From a virus: 64,000 bases of DNA. Positions within the stretch are counted from its first letter, which is position 1; each line of letters opens with the position of its first letter. The stretch spans positions 16,277 to 80,276 of IMG/VR virus record IMGVR_UViG_3300037520_000900; one strand, given 5' to 3'. Below are positions 49,934-59,848 of the stretch, piece by piece. The notes below the pieces were generated by a model, which saw nothing but the letters and a program-made list of their open reading frames with translations, made no database searches and was not told the DNA's origin. A program made the position numbers and the translations under genes.

Positions 49934-50682
49934 TGTCATTAGTAGAAAATGAAGAAACAAATGAACTAAAAGATAAGACGGGTATCAAAAAAATTAAAAA
50001 AGATAATTATTTTGATACTCGTGAGGAGGAGGCGGTAAAAAGATACCTTGTAGCTGAAACCAAAGAAGAAAAAGAAGAAATTTATAATAATTTCTTGAGA
50101 GACCCACTGAATAAAATGATAGAATCGATTATTCGTAGGTATAAGTTATATAGAAAAGACATGGAGTATTCCGATAATCATTCGGATACTCATTCTTTTT
50201 TAATAACTAAAATAGATAAGTTTAAACCCGCAAAGAATAAAAAGGCGTATTCTTATTTTGGTACAATATGTAAAAACTATCTTATGGGTCAAATACAAAA
50301 AGACCAAAAAGACACAAACAGGAAAATATCATATGAGGACATATCATCTACATTAGAGAATAGACCGGATATGGTATACTACATGGAATTTGAAAGTATA
50401 GATGCAGAAAAAATAATAGACATATTTAAAATAGAATTAAAAACATACGTACAAGAAAAGGGGTTAAATGAAAACGAATATAAATTAGGTATAGCACTTA
50501 TAGATCTTTTTGATAACTATGGAAATATTTTTATTGGTAATGATAATAACAAGTTTAATAAAAATATTGTTCTATTATCTTTAAGGGAAATGACCAATAT
50601 GAATACAAAAGAAATTAGAATTTATTTAAAAAAATACAAAGTATTGTATTTACAGACATTAAAAAAAATACATAGCAAATAA
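49933..50682 (+). CDS. Phage RNA polymerase sigma factor (gp55-like late sigma)
   Basis: Region-2-like KIDKFKPAKNKKAYSYFGTICKNYL; no obvious canonical region 4. Confidence 0.7.
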   Translation: MSLVENEETNELKDKTGIKKIKKDNYFDTREEEAVKRYLVAETKEEKEEIYNNFLRDPLNKMIESIIRRYKLYRKDMEYSDNHSDTHSFLITKIDKFKPAKNKKAYSYFGTICKNYLMGQIQKDQKDTNRKISYEDISSTLENRPDMVYYMEFESIDAEKIIDIFKIELKTYVQEKGLNENEYKLGIALIDLFDNYGNIFIGNDNNKFNKNIVLLSLREMTNMNTKEIRIYLKKYKVLYLQTLKKIHSK

Positions 50683-50693
50683 TATTTATTGTT

Positions 50694-51062
50694 ATGAATA
50701 GAACCAGAAAAAAAGAAATATCACTTAATAAAGATTCTGTATTGGGTCTTATGCAAGAGATTTACAACGAACTTGTTGAACAAAAAGCAACCGCAACAAG
50801 AATACAAAACAAAATGCTTGCAATGTTAAAAGATCCTGAAGACATGACTTTAATAGGACCTATTATAAAAGAGCAACAAAAAATCATTAACGATACTATT
50901 GAAAAAAAACTTTCTTTATCTAAACTACAATCCACTTTGTGGGAAAAATCAAACAGTAGTAAAGACGACGACTTTACCCTTAACGATATGGATGATGATC
51001 TTTTACAAAGTTTAATAAAAAAAGATGTAGATAATTCCCAAAATCAAAATTTTAGTTTATAA
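50694..51062 (+). CDS. Coiled-coil hypothetical late protein
   Basis: ORF with TATTTAT at 50683. Confidence 0.5.
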   Translation: MNRTRKKEISLNKDSVLGLMQEIYNELVEQKATATRIQNKMLAMLKDPEDMTLIGPIIKEQQKIINDTIEKKLSLSKLQSTLWEKSNSSKDDDFTLNDMDDDLLQSLIKKDVDNSQNQNFSL

Positions 51063-53041
51063 TGGCAGCTTTAGATGTTAATAAAGGATATGGTGACGCC
51101 AAAAGTAAAATTTCGGCAATTAAAACCGTTAACCAATCATTAAAAGACGGAAAAAAACAAACAAAAGAACAAGTAAATTCTTTTACAGAAAAAACAAAGG
51201 CTGAAACTGTAAAACAATTTAATGAATTAAAAAACGAAGGAACAAAACAAGTCAACCAATTAAAAAGTGAGGCAAAAAACCAAATTGAAGAGATGTTTGA
51301 ACTTTTTATGCAAACTCTTCCCGCTGGTAATTCTGTAAATGTACTTAAAGATATATTTTTAAAATCAATATCCACATTTAAACCTAAAGTTTCTGAAATA
51401 GTAATTAATGAAATGATATCTACTTTAGGGTGTTCAGAAGAACAATCATACGAATCAGTATTAAATCAACCAATTTACATAAAAGTCAAACAAATAGATA
51501 TATTTAATACGTTAAAGTATGACCCTGACGATAAAAAGGCTAAATTTTTTTATGAAAAGAATGATACTGGTATCGGATCTATCCCATACTCAATGGACAG
51601 AGAACTTTATAAAAGATTACAAAATATTAACATATCATATAATAATGATTTAGGTGGAGATTATAAGGGGGCGTCAGGTCAAAATTTATTTGATTTTGAA
51701 TACGTTCAATATTACCCCGCAACTTTACCAACTAACTTTGGGGATTACTATAAGGTGACTTTAAAACCTCAATTAAATAGTAGAACTTCAGTGACTGACT
51801 TTCTAAGGGACTACTACCAAAGTATAGACATTTTTGATTTTGATGTTTTAAATGCGAATATTTTTAATTCTCTGAGTGGTAATTTAGATTATGGTTTAAA
51901 AAAATCTAAAATAGAAATACAACAAAGTTCGTGGTTTTTAAAAGTGATGAAAAGACTTATGGGTATTTGTAATGACCCTACAAAAAAAATAGACGTTTCG
52001 GGTACCGCGAAATTAAGTGAAGAAGATTTTATTGATGATAGTTTTTTTGAAATAAAGCCATCAGATTTAAGGTTATTGGATCAAGAAACGGAAAATATCT
52101 CTAACGGAGTAATGGAATTTGAAGATTGTGGTAATGTTAAATTACCAATTAACGAAGAAGGTATGATTAATATTTTAGAAGATATTATAAGTCAAAACGG
52201 TTCGTCAGCCAAAATTGAAGCAATAGATAGGGGTATAGATTCTATGGTAAAAGATAAAGTATGGAAAGATAAACTAACAGGTAGTATTGGAATACCTTTC
52301 CCTTCTTTAAATTTAAAACTTAAATTAAATATGGATTTAACTTTGTCACTACCAAGAGTTATTTTTAAATCAATCCTTACACCAAAAACTATTTTTGGTT
52401 TCTTAATTATGGTAAAGGCAGTTCAAAACGAATTATCAACAAAGTTAGACGATTCGTATGAAGATGCTGAGGGGTTTATGAAAACATTTAAAAAATTCGT
52501 TACTAACACGATGGTTAAAATAACTTCTGAGTTTGTTCAAATTCTTTTTAAAACATTAAAGAAAAATATAAGGTTATTAGTAGAAACAATTTTATTAGAA
52601 ATAATAGATGAGGCTAAAGATAAGCAAATAAAAATGTACACATCTATAGCCTACGCCCTATTAATACTTGGGCAGGCAGTTGTTGACTATGCAAATTGTA
52701 AAAGTGTTATTGATGAAATTTTAAAATTATTAAATTTTGGGCTTAAACAATTGGGGGTCGGTATACCGAATTTTATTTTAGCGGGAGCGGCTTTATTGGG
52801 TGGTGTATCTTCTATAAGATCATATGCAAATGCTATAGAGAATTTACAAAAATCAGGATTACCTACCGGATCGGCACCAGATGGCGGACCTAATTTAATG
52901 AATCAAGCGATGTTGGGTATAATACAAGGTATGAATCAAGACCTTGCGGAAAATAGTAAAGTTCCTGTTTTTATACCCCCACTTACTATAACACCAGCAG
53001 GGTTTACAGTTGCATCACAAGGATCGGGTAAATTATTTTAA
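51062..53041 (+). CDS. Putative baseplate-associated structural protein
   Basis: 659 aa in late operon upstream of the spike gene. Confidence 0.45.
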   Translation: MAALDVNKGYGDAKSKISAIKTVNQSLKDGKKQTKEQVNSFTEKTKAETVKQFNELKNEGTKQVNQLKSEAKNQIEEMFELFMQTLPAGNSVNVLKDIFLKSISTFKPKVSEIVINEMISTLGCSEEQSYESVLNQPIYIKVKQIDIFNTLKYDPDDKKAKFFYEKNDTGIGSIPYSMDRELYKRLQNINISYNNDLGGDYKGASGQNLFDFEYVQYYPATLPTNFGDYYKVTLKPQLNSRTSVTDFLRDYYQSIDIFDFDVLNANIFNSLSGNLDYGLKKSKIEIQQSSWFLKVMKRLMGICNDPTKKIDVSGTAKLSEEDFIDDSFFEIKPSDLRLLDQETENISNGVMEFEDCGNVKLPINEEGMINILEDIISQNGSSAKIEAIDRGIDSMVKDKVWKDKLTGSIGIPFPSLNLKLKLNMDLTLSLPRVIFKSILTPKTIFGFLIMVKAVQNELSTKLDDSYEDAEGFMKTFKKFVTNTMVKITSEFVQILFKTLKKNIRLLVETILLEIIDEAKDKQIKMYTSIAYALLILGQAVVDYANCKSVIDEILKLLNFGLKQLGVGIPNFILAGAALLGGVSSIRSYANAIENLQKSGLPTGSAPDGGPNLMNQAMLGIIQGMNQDLAENSKVPVFIPPLTITPAGFTVASQGSGKLF

Positions 53042-53042
53042 T

Positions 53043-53246
53043 ATGGATAATAATAAAGCGTTAGAAATTTTAAAAACCTATAAAAGTTCTTCAAATAAAG
53101 AACTAACAGAAGTTATGGATTTTTTAAATGGTGACTTTGAAAAAACTAAAGACTTAATCGTAAAACTCACTTATCATTTGGATAGTACTGAGGAAGCGTA
53201 CAATAAAGTTTTTGAAGAATATAAAAAAAGGGTAAATAATGGATGA
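53043..53246 (+). CDS. Small coiled-coil protein (start corrected to MDNNK)
   Basis: Operon ORF. Confidence 0.55.
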   Translation: MDNNKALEILKTYKSSSNKELTEVMDFLNGDFEKTKDLIVKLTYHLDSTEEAYNKVFEEYKKRVNNG

Positions 53247-54795
53247 TAAAAATCAATTAGTTTTTTTTGGTACTTGTTTACAAGACGATGACCCCCAAAT
53301 GTTAGGTAGAATTAGGGTTTTACCGTTCAATGATGTTGAGCAGGCAGTTATCGACGCTAACCCAAAATTTAAACCCAACTCAAAGTCTTTATCTGACGGT
53401 CCTTGGTCAAACATTGACCCGTTTTTATATAATCCTCTTTTACCTTATTTTATAAATCAGGTACCAAAAAAAGGTGAAAAGGTAAAATTATTTTATTACA
53501 ATACGGAAAGCAAGTACGGAAGAAATAAATATTACATGATGGATCAATATTCATCACCAACTACCACAAATTTTGAAGACGTTAATTCAGCACAACTAAG
53601 GAGTGATGCTGGATATTCAAATTCTACTGAAAGTTTACCACCAATAAAAAATAATGATGGTCAGTACGTAGAAGAAGGTAGTAAGGGTGTTTTTGTGGAA
53701 CCCGTTGACATTTCTTTAAATGGTAGAGACACTGCAGATTTAATAATAAAAAAAGATGAGATACTATTAAGGGCGGGTAAACACAACCCATTTAAATCAA
53801 ATGAAATACCAACAGCAAATACAAATAGAGGTTTTTTACAAATATCTAAATTTGATACGAAATTTAATTTTGGGTTACCTCAAGCGAAATTAAGATTAGT
53901 TAATCAAAGTATACCTATAAAATATTTGTTTGAATATGATATTTTTAACCCTGAAAATGAATTTTCGGCATTTACAGGAACATTAGACATATATACCCTA
54001 CCTAATTTTCAGGACGCATATTTAACTTTATCGTCAATATTTGATGTTGATACTGAAATTGATATGACTTGTTCAGGTAAAACGTCAGCATGTAAAATAA
54101 AGTCAATTCAATTCCAAGGACTAAATTTTACTGAATTGTCAACATTTATAAATAATACTTTAAAAACTTTTTTAACCTCACCTGATTCGTTAATAACAGT
54201 ACCAATTATAAATAACGAACAATTTCCATTTTATTTTAGACCATCAAAAAAAATAAGAAACCTAACAACACAATTTACAAGTACATCTGATTTGTTGGCA
54301 ACAACAAATATGGCTCAATTATCTTCTTTAATAAAAATTTCACCGACAGACCCGACACCAGGATATGGAATGGTATTAGACGCAAAACTCTCAACCGATT
54401 TACCTTTAGATTTTAAAAAAGAAGTTTTCATACCAAAAACTACTGAAAATGTAGAAAATACCGCAGCACTTTTAGGCGCAAATCAACTATTTTTATTGTC
54501 TCACGAATCACAAATACCAGGTAAAGATAAAATTGATTTAGGTGGTACGATTTATGGGATTGAACAAAATAAAGTTATTGAAGAAATTTACCCAAATACG
54601 TCTTCAATGGTTAGGGGTGAAGAATTATTAGAATTATTAAGTTTAATTGTTAGTTTTTGTACTTCACACGTTCACCCATACCCTTTGTTACCACCATCAT
54701 CAGTCTCTTTAGATGGGACAAGTATCGATAATTTACTTGTAAAAATGCAAGAAGCATATACAAAAGTAATTAATGAAAATATTCGCATCAACTAA
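53239..54795 (+). CDS. Baseplate central spike (gp5 / VgrG-like OB-fold) protein
   Basis: DDPQMLGRIRV…PLLP…VPKKGEKV N-terminus; VRGEELLELL…HVHPY tip motif. Confidence 0.7.
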   Translation: MDDKNQLVFFGTCLQDDDPQMLGRIRVLPFNDVEQAVIDANPKFKPNSKSLSDGPWSNIDPFLYNPLLPYFINQVPKKGEKVKLFYYNTESKYGRNKYYMMDQYSSPTTTNFEDVNSAQLRSDAGYSNSTESLPPIKNNDGQYVEEGSKGVFVEPVDISLNGRDTADLIIKKDEILLRAGKHNPFKSNEIPTANTNRGFLQISKFDTKFNFGLPQAKLRLVNQSIPIKYLFEYDIFNPENEFSAFTGTLDIYTLPNFQDAYLTLSSIFDVDTEIDMTCSGKTSACKIKSIQFQGLNFTELSTFINNTLKTFLTSPDSLITVPIINNEQFPFYFRPSKKIRNLTTQFTSTSDLLATTNMAQLSSLIKISPTDPTPGYGMVLDAKLSTDLPLDFKKEVFIPKTTENVENTAALLGANQLFLLSHESQIPGKDKIDLGGTIYGIEQNKVIEEIYPNTSSMVRGEELLELLSLIVSFCTSHVHPYPLLPPSSVSLDGTSIDNLLVKMQEAYTKVINENIRIN

Positions 54796-54816
54796 GTATT
54801 TATATATAAAATACTG

Positions 54817-56271
54817 ATGTCAATACAAAAATCTTATTTTGATAAGTCTAACACAATTATATACGACACGTACACAAATACGTCAAGAAACCCTATTGTT
54901 GAATTATTTTTCGGAAAGGTAGATAGTTTATCCTCACCTGTTGGTTATAGTAGATATATTTTCAATATTGATATTACCGAACTACAAAATAAAGTAAACT
55001 CAGGAGTAATATCAACGGATTGTAGTGGTTATTCTAATATTATTCATAAACTTAGAATGACAAATACTTCTTTTTTTGATAAAGAACTATTAAATGACAA
55101 GACCTCACAAGGTAGAAGAAGGGCAACATCATTTGATTTAATTCTTTTTAGAATACCACAAAACCAACAATGGGATAGTGGTGTTGGTTATGATTATTAC
55201 GACTTTAATACGAATTATTTAAACGATAAAAACTATTCAGATAGACCGTCCAATTGGTTTCAAACCACAACTATTAGTGATTGGACAACACCGGGGTTAT
55301 ATGACAACACTAATTCAGCAACGGGTAGTGGTATAAATTACTCGGCAATTACAATTGTTGATACACAACATTTTGAATTTGGAAATGAGGATATTGAATT
55401 TGATATGACAAATGAAATAAATTCAAGATTAAGTGGTGGTACTGTAGGGGTTACGGGCTACGGAATAGCATTTTTACCACAAGTAGAAAATATATCAGGA
55501 TTAACCGAAAACTATTCAGTTGGTTTTTTCTCACCATATACACAAACATTTTATGAGCCATATTTAGAAACAAATTATGACGATCTAATATTAGATAATA
55601 GAAATAATTTTACTTGTGGGGTTCAAAATAATTTATATTTATATGCTTATGATAATGGTGTACCTTTAACATTTGATACTAACCCAATTGTTGATATTTT
55701 AGACTCTAATGGGGGTGTAGTTTATTCTTCATTAACAACATGTTTAGTTACCGAAGGAGTGTATAAAGTTACGGTACCTGCAATTGATTGTAGTAATGCT
55801 CCGTGTATTTATTATGATTTATGGAAAAACATAACAATTAATTCAGAGTCTTTTGATAATATAGAAAATGAATTCGCATTGGTTGAAAAATCAAAAAGAT
55901 TTAATATTGGTACGACTACCGAAAACCCTAAAATATTTGGTTTTTCATTTGACGGTATTAAACAGAATGAAAAGATTTTAAATACTGATGTTCGTAAAGT
56001 AAATGTTGTTGTAAAACAAGCATACTCTTCAAAATCAACACTGAATTATGTTAAGGCTTATTATCGAATTTATGTTAGAGAAGGGGCAAATACAGAAGTA
56101 CAGGTACAAGATTGGACAAGAATAAATCAAACAACAGATGGGTTTTATTTTGTTTTTGACACAAGAGATAAAATACCAAATGAATATTTTATAGATATAA
56201 AAGTCGTTTCTGATAAAAATACAGATACTTATAAAAGAGAACTACAATTCGAAATAGTTAATAAAAAATAA
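54817..56271 (+). CDS. Virion structural protein (DNRLRE-like / Ig-like domains)
   Basis: GYSRYIF…WDSGVG…IEFDMT…FFSPYTQTFYEPYLE; TATTTATA at 54797. Confidence 0.5.
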   Translation: MSIQKSYFDKSNTIIYDTYTNTSRNPIVELFFGKVDSLSSPVGYSRYIFNIDITELQNKVNSGVISTDCSGYSNIIHKLRMTNTSFFDKELLNDKTSQGRRRATSFDLILFRIPQNQQWDSGVGYDYYDFNTNYLNDKNYSDRPSNWFQTTTISDWTTPGLYDNTNSATGSGINYSAITIVDTQHFEFGNEDIEFDMTNEINSRLSGGTVGVTGYGIAFLPQVENISGLTENYSVGFFSPYTQTFYEPYLETNYDDLILDNRNNFTCGVQNNLYLYAYDNGVPLTFDTNPIVDILDSNGGVVYSSLTTCLVTEGVYKVTVPAIDCSNAPCIYYDLWKNITINSESFDNIENEFALVEKSKRFNIGTTTENPKIFGFSFDGIKQNEKILNTDVRKVNVVVKQAYSSKSTLNYVKAYYRIYVREGANTEVQVQDWTRINQTTDGFYFVFDTRDKIPNEYFIDIKVVSDKNTDTYKRELQFEIVNKK

Positions 56272-56283
56272 AAAAATAAAAAC

Positions 56284-56454
56284 ATGCCACAAACAAGCGC
56301 AAATACTGAATATACTCTTTGTGTTCAAAATTGTTCAGGAACAAGTCTGACAGAAATTTATACACCACATCCTACCTATTCTGACTTAACAGGAGGAACT
56401 GTTGTACAATTAAACATGGTTGTTTTAGGTGGGCCTAATGGTTTAAACTCTTAA
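56284..56454 (+). CDS. 56-aa small protein (MPQTSANTEYTLC…LGGPNGLNS)
   Basis: Not in ORF track; A-rich start, fills the gap between two plus-strand genes. Confidence 0.7.
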   Translation: MPQTSANTEYTLCVQNCSGTSLTEIYTPHPTYSDLTGGTVVQLNMVVLGGPNGLNS

Positions 56455-56457
56455 ATT

Positions 56458-56895
56458 ATGAATATCAATTATATTATACGTAAAGTATTAAAAGAAGAAG
56501 AAGGTAGATCAAATAGGTATATGTTCTTTTCAAATTTAGAACAAATGAAAAGACAATGTGAAATGTTATTAGAAATGGATCAAGAAGAAATTGAGTCTAT
56601 TTTAGAGAACGGTCACGATTGGGCTCAAGACCACATCGCAGAAGCCAAAAATAATATGGACCAAGTTTTTGATTTTTTAAAAAATGAAATGGAAGGTGGT
56701 AGTGATTATGAAGAAGATGAAGATATGATTGAAGAGGGTCGTAAAAAAAAAAAGAATGTCGCAACTAATAAAAAATTGTGGCGACAATCTTTAGCTTGGG
56801 CTAGACAACGTTACGAAGTTTGTCCTAGTGCTTATTGTAATGGTGCCGCGGTTAAAAGATACAACTCTAAAGGTGGTAAATGGAAAAAAGGTTAG
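56458..56895 (+). CDS. Putative internal head protein with basic PSAY…GG C-terminal domain (DUF5872-like half)
   Basis: MNINYIIRKVLKEE tag; TNKKLW…PSAYCNGAAVKRYNSKGGKW. Confidence 0.55.
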   Translation: MNINYIIRKVLKEEEGRSNRYMFFSNLEQMKRQCEMLLEMDQEEIESILENGHDWAQDHIAEAKNNMDQVFDFLKNEMEGGSDYEEDEDMIEEGRKKKKNVATNKKLWRQSLAWARQRYEVCPSAYCNGAAVKRYNSKGGKWKKG

Positions 56896-56981
56896 TAATA
56901 ATCTTTTTTTTGTGTTGTTATTCGGCAAATATAGGTAGAAACGAAAATAATTTAGAAACTTGGTTAGAATTTTTAAAATTG

Positions 56982-57692
56982 TTAAAGACCTGATAAAATG
57001 TTTCTAACGATAATATTTAAAGACTCTTTTTGAGTCTTTTTTGTTTTATATGAAGTCATTACAGGTTTTTGACCTTTACCTGACTGAGTATCTTTTTTCT
57101 CCGCTCTTCTTTTTTGTTGACATGCAGATCTTTTTTGTGAATCTGACATTTTACCCGCAACACCAGCAGCTCTACATTTAGGGTACGCACCTTTATCCGT
57201 ATCACTTCTACCACACGGAGGATGTTTACCGTCAACTTTTCTACATATATCAACCCACGGACCTTTTGGTTGTGAAGATCCCTTTGGTTTTTTCTTTTTT
57301 CCAAACCAAACCGCCAAATCTTCATTTAATGGTATTTTATCTAATTCAACCCACTCATTAACAGGAACTATTCTTTTACCTTTACCTGGTGTTTGATTTA
57401 TGATTCCACCGTCTTCATCATTTGATTGAGGGTGTTTTTTATTGTATAATGAAATTCTTTTTGATTTTGATTCTAATTTTTTTCTATCTTTTTTATGTGA
57501 GTCCAAAGAACCATCATAACTATCATACTCTATCTCAGCATTAAAAAATTTTGAAACTTTATTTGTAAAAGGACCTAAAGCGTAGTCTTCCCAATCAATT
57601 TCTCCCATAGTCAAAGGGCCGTTGTATGATCCCGCATATCTATTAGAATTTGCTTCATTGATTATTTTTTTTACTATTTTATTAATATTCAT
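56982..57692 (-). CDS. Putative internal head protein with basic WF…WVD…CGR…YPKC domain (DUF5872-like half)
   Basis: MNINKIVKKIINE tag; EDLAVWF…WVDIC…PCGRS…YPKCR…MS…KR. Confidence 0.55.
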   Translation of the reverse strand: MNINKIVKKIINEANSNRYAGSYNGPLTMGEIDWEDYALGPFTNKVSKFFNAEIEYDSYDGSLDSHKKDRKKLESKSKRISLYNKKHPQSNDEDGGIINQTPGKGKRIVPVNEWVELDKIPLNEDLAVWFGKKKKPKGSSQPKGPWVDICRKVDGKHPPCGRSDTDKGAYPKCRAAGVAGKMSDSQKRSACQQKRRAEKKDTQSGKGQKPVMTSYKTKKTQKESLNIIVRNILSGL

Positions 57693-57709
57693 AACTTAAT
57701 ATAAATATC

Positions 57710-59698
57710 TTAATATTTGGTTATTTTTCTCATAGTTCCGTCGTCATAAATTTCAATTACAATTCCTTTTATATTTTCAGGATTAACTTCTTGACCCATC
57801 AAATTTATGTATTTGACAATTTTTTTATCTGTAATATCCCTCGTGATAACTATCGGACCATAAGTCTCACACTTACCGTCAATATCAAATTGTTGTAATC
57901 TATAATAAACAATACTATTTAAATTATTATCAATATATGAATATCTTATAGTTTCATTACTATTACCAGCAGCTTGTTTTGTTGCAATAACTTTCCAAAC
58001 ATAACCATCTTCACTTGATTCTAAATCAAAATGACTTGAGTTGTTTTCAGATTCTGTCGACCATTTAATCACATTAAATAATGGATATAAATCACCTTCA
58101 AATTGGCTCAATTCAACAGGCAAGGCAACTGATATTCTAACCGTATATTCTTCTATTTCTCCATAACCATAACCTAACGAATAATACGCATCAATATCAG
58201 GTGTACTATTCCATACAGATAATACTCTCATTAAAACGTCACCTGTTACTGCATCTGAAGGTATTGTTACAAGTTGTGATGTAGAATTTGCCGTTGCTTT
58301 TAATAAAACATTTTCTGTTGTTTGTAAGATACCATCACCATTCCAATCAATCCAAGCAGCATAACCTTGACCTGGATTTAAAGTGTTTGCTGCAGTTACG
58401 GATAAATTATAAGGTTCACCTTTTGTAACATTTGCAATTATTGAGGTATAATCTGAATACGCATCTCCATCATTAGTTGTTGTATTATTTATATCATTAA
58501 AAGTAACATTTGTTATGTGGTCCCCATCAACAATTCCTGATGAATATGGTGGTGCACTTTTAAGTGTTATATTTACAATATTAGAAACACCAGATGGACA
58601 AGTACCGTCTTTTGATGTTGTTCTAAAATACACGTTTGCTTCTTGTACGTTTAATTGAATGTTGTACGGATTTGCGGGGTTTGTAACACTACCGTCTACT
58701 GTTGTAAAATTATCAAATGACCACTCGATTTTTGTTATTGACCCACCATTTCCGGTAGTCGTTAAAGAAACCCCATCATTAACTGTTGTTAAACTTTTAT
58801 TAGTGCTTAATGTTCCTCCATTTGTTGGTGTTGTACATACCGTAACTGATGTTACTGTTGCTTGAAAACCAGTCCTAATACCGCTAATATCTGAAGTAAA
58901 CCTTAATGTAAGTTGTCCTGAAGCATTTTCAGCAGTAATTGTTGCGGGTAATGATGTACCATTTAATGTTGCAAGTAAGGGAGAACTTGTATTTGGTCCA
59001 TCATAAACATATAAGAAATCATAAACGGCCTCTATGTTGAATGATGAAAAATTTAATTGTAATTTTTTTGTATTATCTGATGGTGTTAAAGTTACTGTTT
59101 GATCTAAATTATTATTATATGTGTCAGTAGGTCCTCCGGCATCAGTTATTGTATAAGTAAGTGTAGATGTTAATGTTTGACTACAATTTCCTAAAAATGG
59201 TATTAGTGTATTTTGATTTGTCACAGTTGATGTAATACCTAAATCATCGACATATCTTTCGTGTGCACCTGATGCTCTACCATCTAAAAGCCTTATAAAA
59301 ACATTTGTAAGACCTAAAGCTCCAATATTTAAAGTGTATTGTTGATAGGTTGTTGTTGGTGCAGTTACAGTACCCCTTGTTGTCCAAGTTGTTCCGTCAG
59401 GGGATGTTTGAACATTTAAAGTCCAAGCGGTTGAGTTACTACTTCTTCTATACCAAAAAGAAAGAACGCCCGGATTTGCAATTTGTGGCGTTCTAATCCA
59501 ATCGCCGGTACCATTAAATCCTGCGGCATAATTACCGGTTCTATTTGGTGAAGTTGATGCAAGTATGGAATTTACGCCCCATGTACCTCCTTGTGTTGTT
59601 AATGTACTTGTAAAACTTTCGTAAATTAAATATTGATTACATTGGGTAATCCCAATAAACGACATTAAGGTAAATAGTAAGATTAAAAAACTTTTCAT
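57710..59698 (-). CDS. Secreted Bacteroidota-type protein: signal peptide, CUB, GEVED, LPVEL Ig-like and T9SS-like C-terminal domain (start corrected to MKSFLILL)
   Basis: Hydrophobic N-terminus; YDFLYVYDG…LTLRFTSD…GFQA (CUB); AWIDWNGDG…GEIEEY (GEVED); ALPVELSQF; INLMGQEV…IYDDGT-RK. Confidence 0.8.
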   Translation of the reverse strand: MKSFLILLFTLMSFIGITQCNQYLIYESFTSTLTTQGGTWGVNSILASTSPNRTGNYAAGFNGTGDWIRTPQIANPGVLSFWYRRSSNSTAWTLNVQTSPDGTTWTTRGTVTAPTTTYQQYTLNIGALGLTNVFIRLLDGRASGAHERYVDDLGITSTVTNQNTLIPFLGNCSQTLTSTLTYTITDAGGPTDTYNNNLDQTVTLTPSDNTKKLQLNFSSFNIEAVYDFLYVYDGPNTSSPLLATLNGTSLPATITAENASGQLTLRFTSDISGIRTGFQATVTSVTVCTTPTNGGTLSTNKSLTTVNDGVSLTTTGNGGSITKIEWSFDNFTTVDGSVTNPANPYNIQLNVQEANVYFRTTSKDGTCPSGVSNIVNITLKSAPPYSSGIVDGDHITNVTFNDINNTTTNDGDAYSDYTSIIANVTKGEPYNLSVTAANTLNPGQGYAAWIDWNGDGILQTTENVLLKATANSTSQLVTIPSDAVTGDVLMRVLSVWNSTPDIDAYYSLGYGYGEIEEYTVRISVALPVELSQFEGDLYPLFNVIKWSTESENNSSHFDLESSEDGYVWKVIATKQAAGNSNETIRYSYIDNNLNSIVYYRLQQFDIDGKCETYGPIVITRDITDKKIVKYINLMGQEVNPENIKGIVIEIYDDGTMRKITKY

Positions 59699-59796
59699 AA
59701 TTAAGTATTTTTTCTTAATAAATAGTTTCAAAAGCCATAATAACAAGGTTAATTTTGTGTTAAATGAGCATACCCCTTAATTAATTTACCAAAAAC

Positions 59797-59825
59797 AAAA
59801 AAGGAGACAATTTCTTGTCTCCTTT
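59797..59825 (-). terminator. Intrinsic terminator after major capsid gene
   Basis: AAAGGAGACAA-N-TTGTCTCCTTT plus U tract. Confidence 0.85.
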
Positions 59826-59848
59826 CTCTTATTCAGTTAAGATATTGA

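Noticed and set aside
50694-51062. Terminase small subunit call
   Set aside because: Only coiled-coil character supports it; no diagnostic motif and no large subunit nearby.
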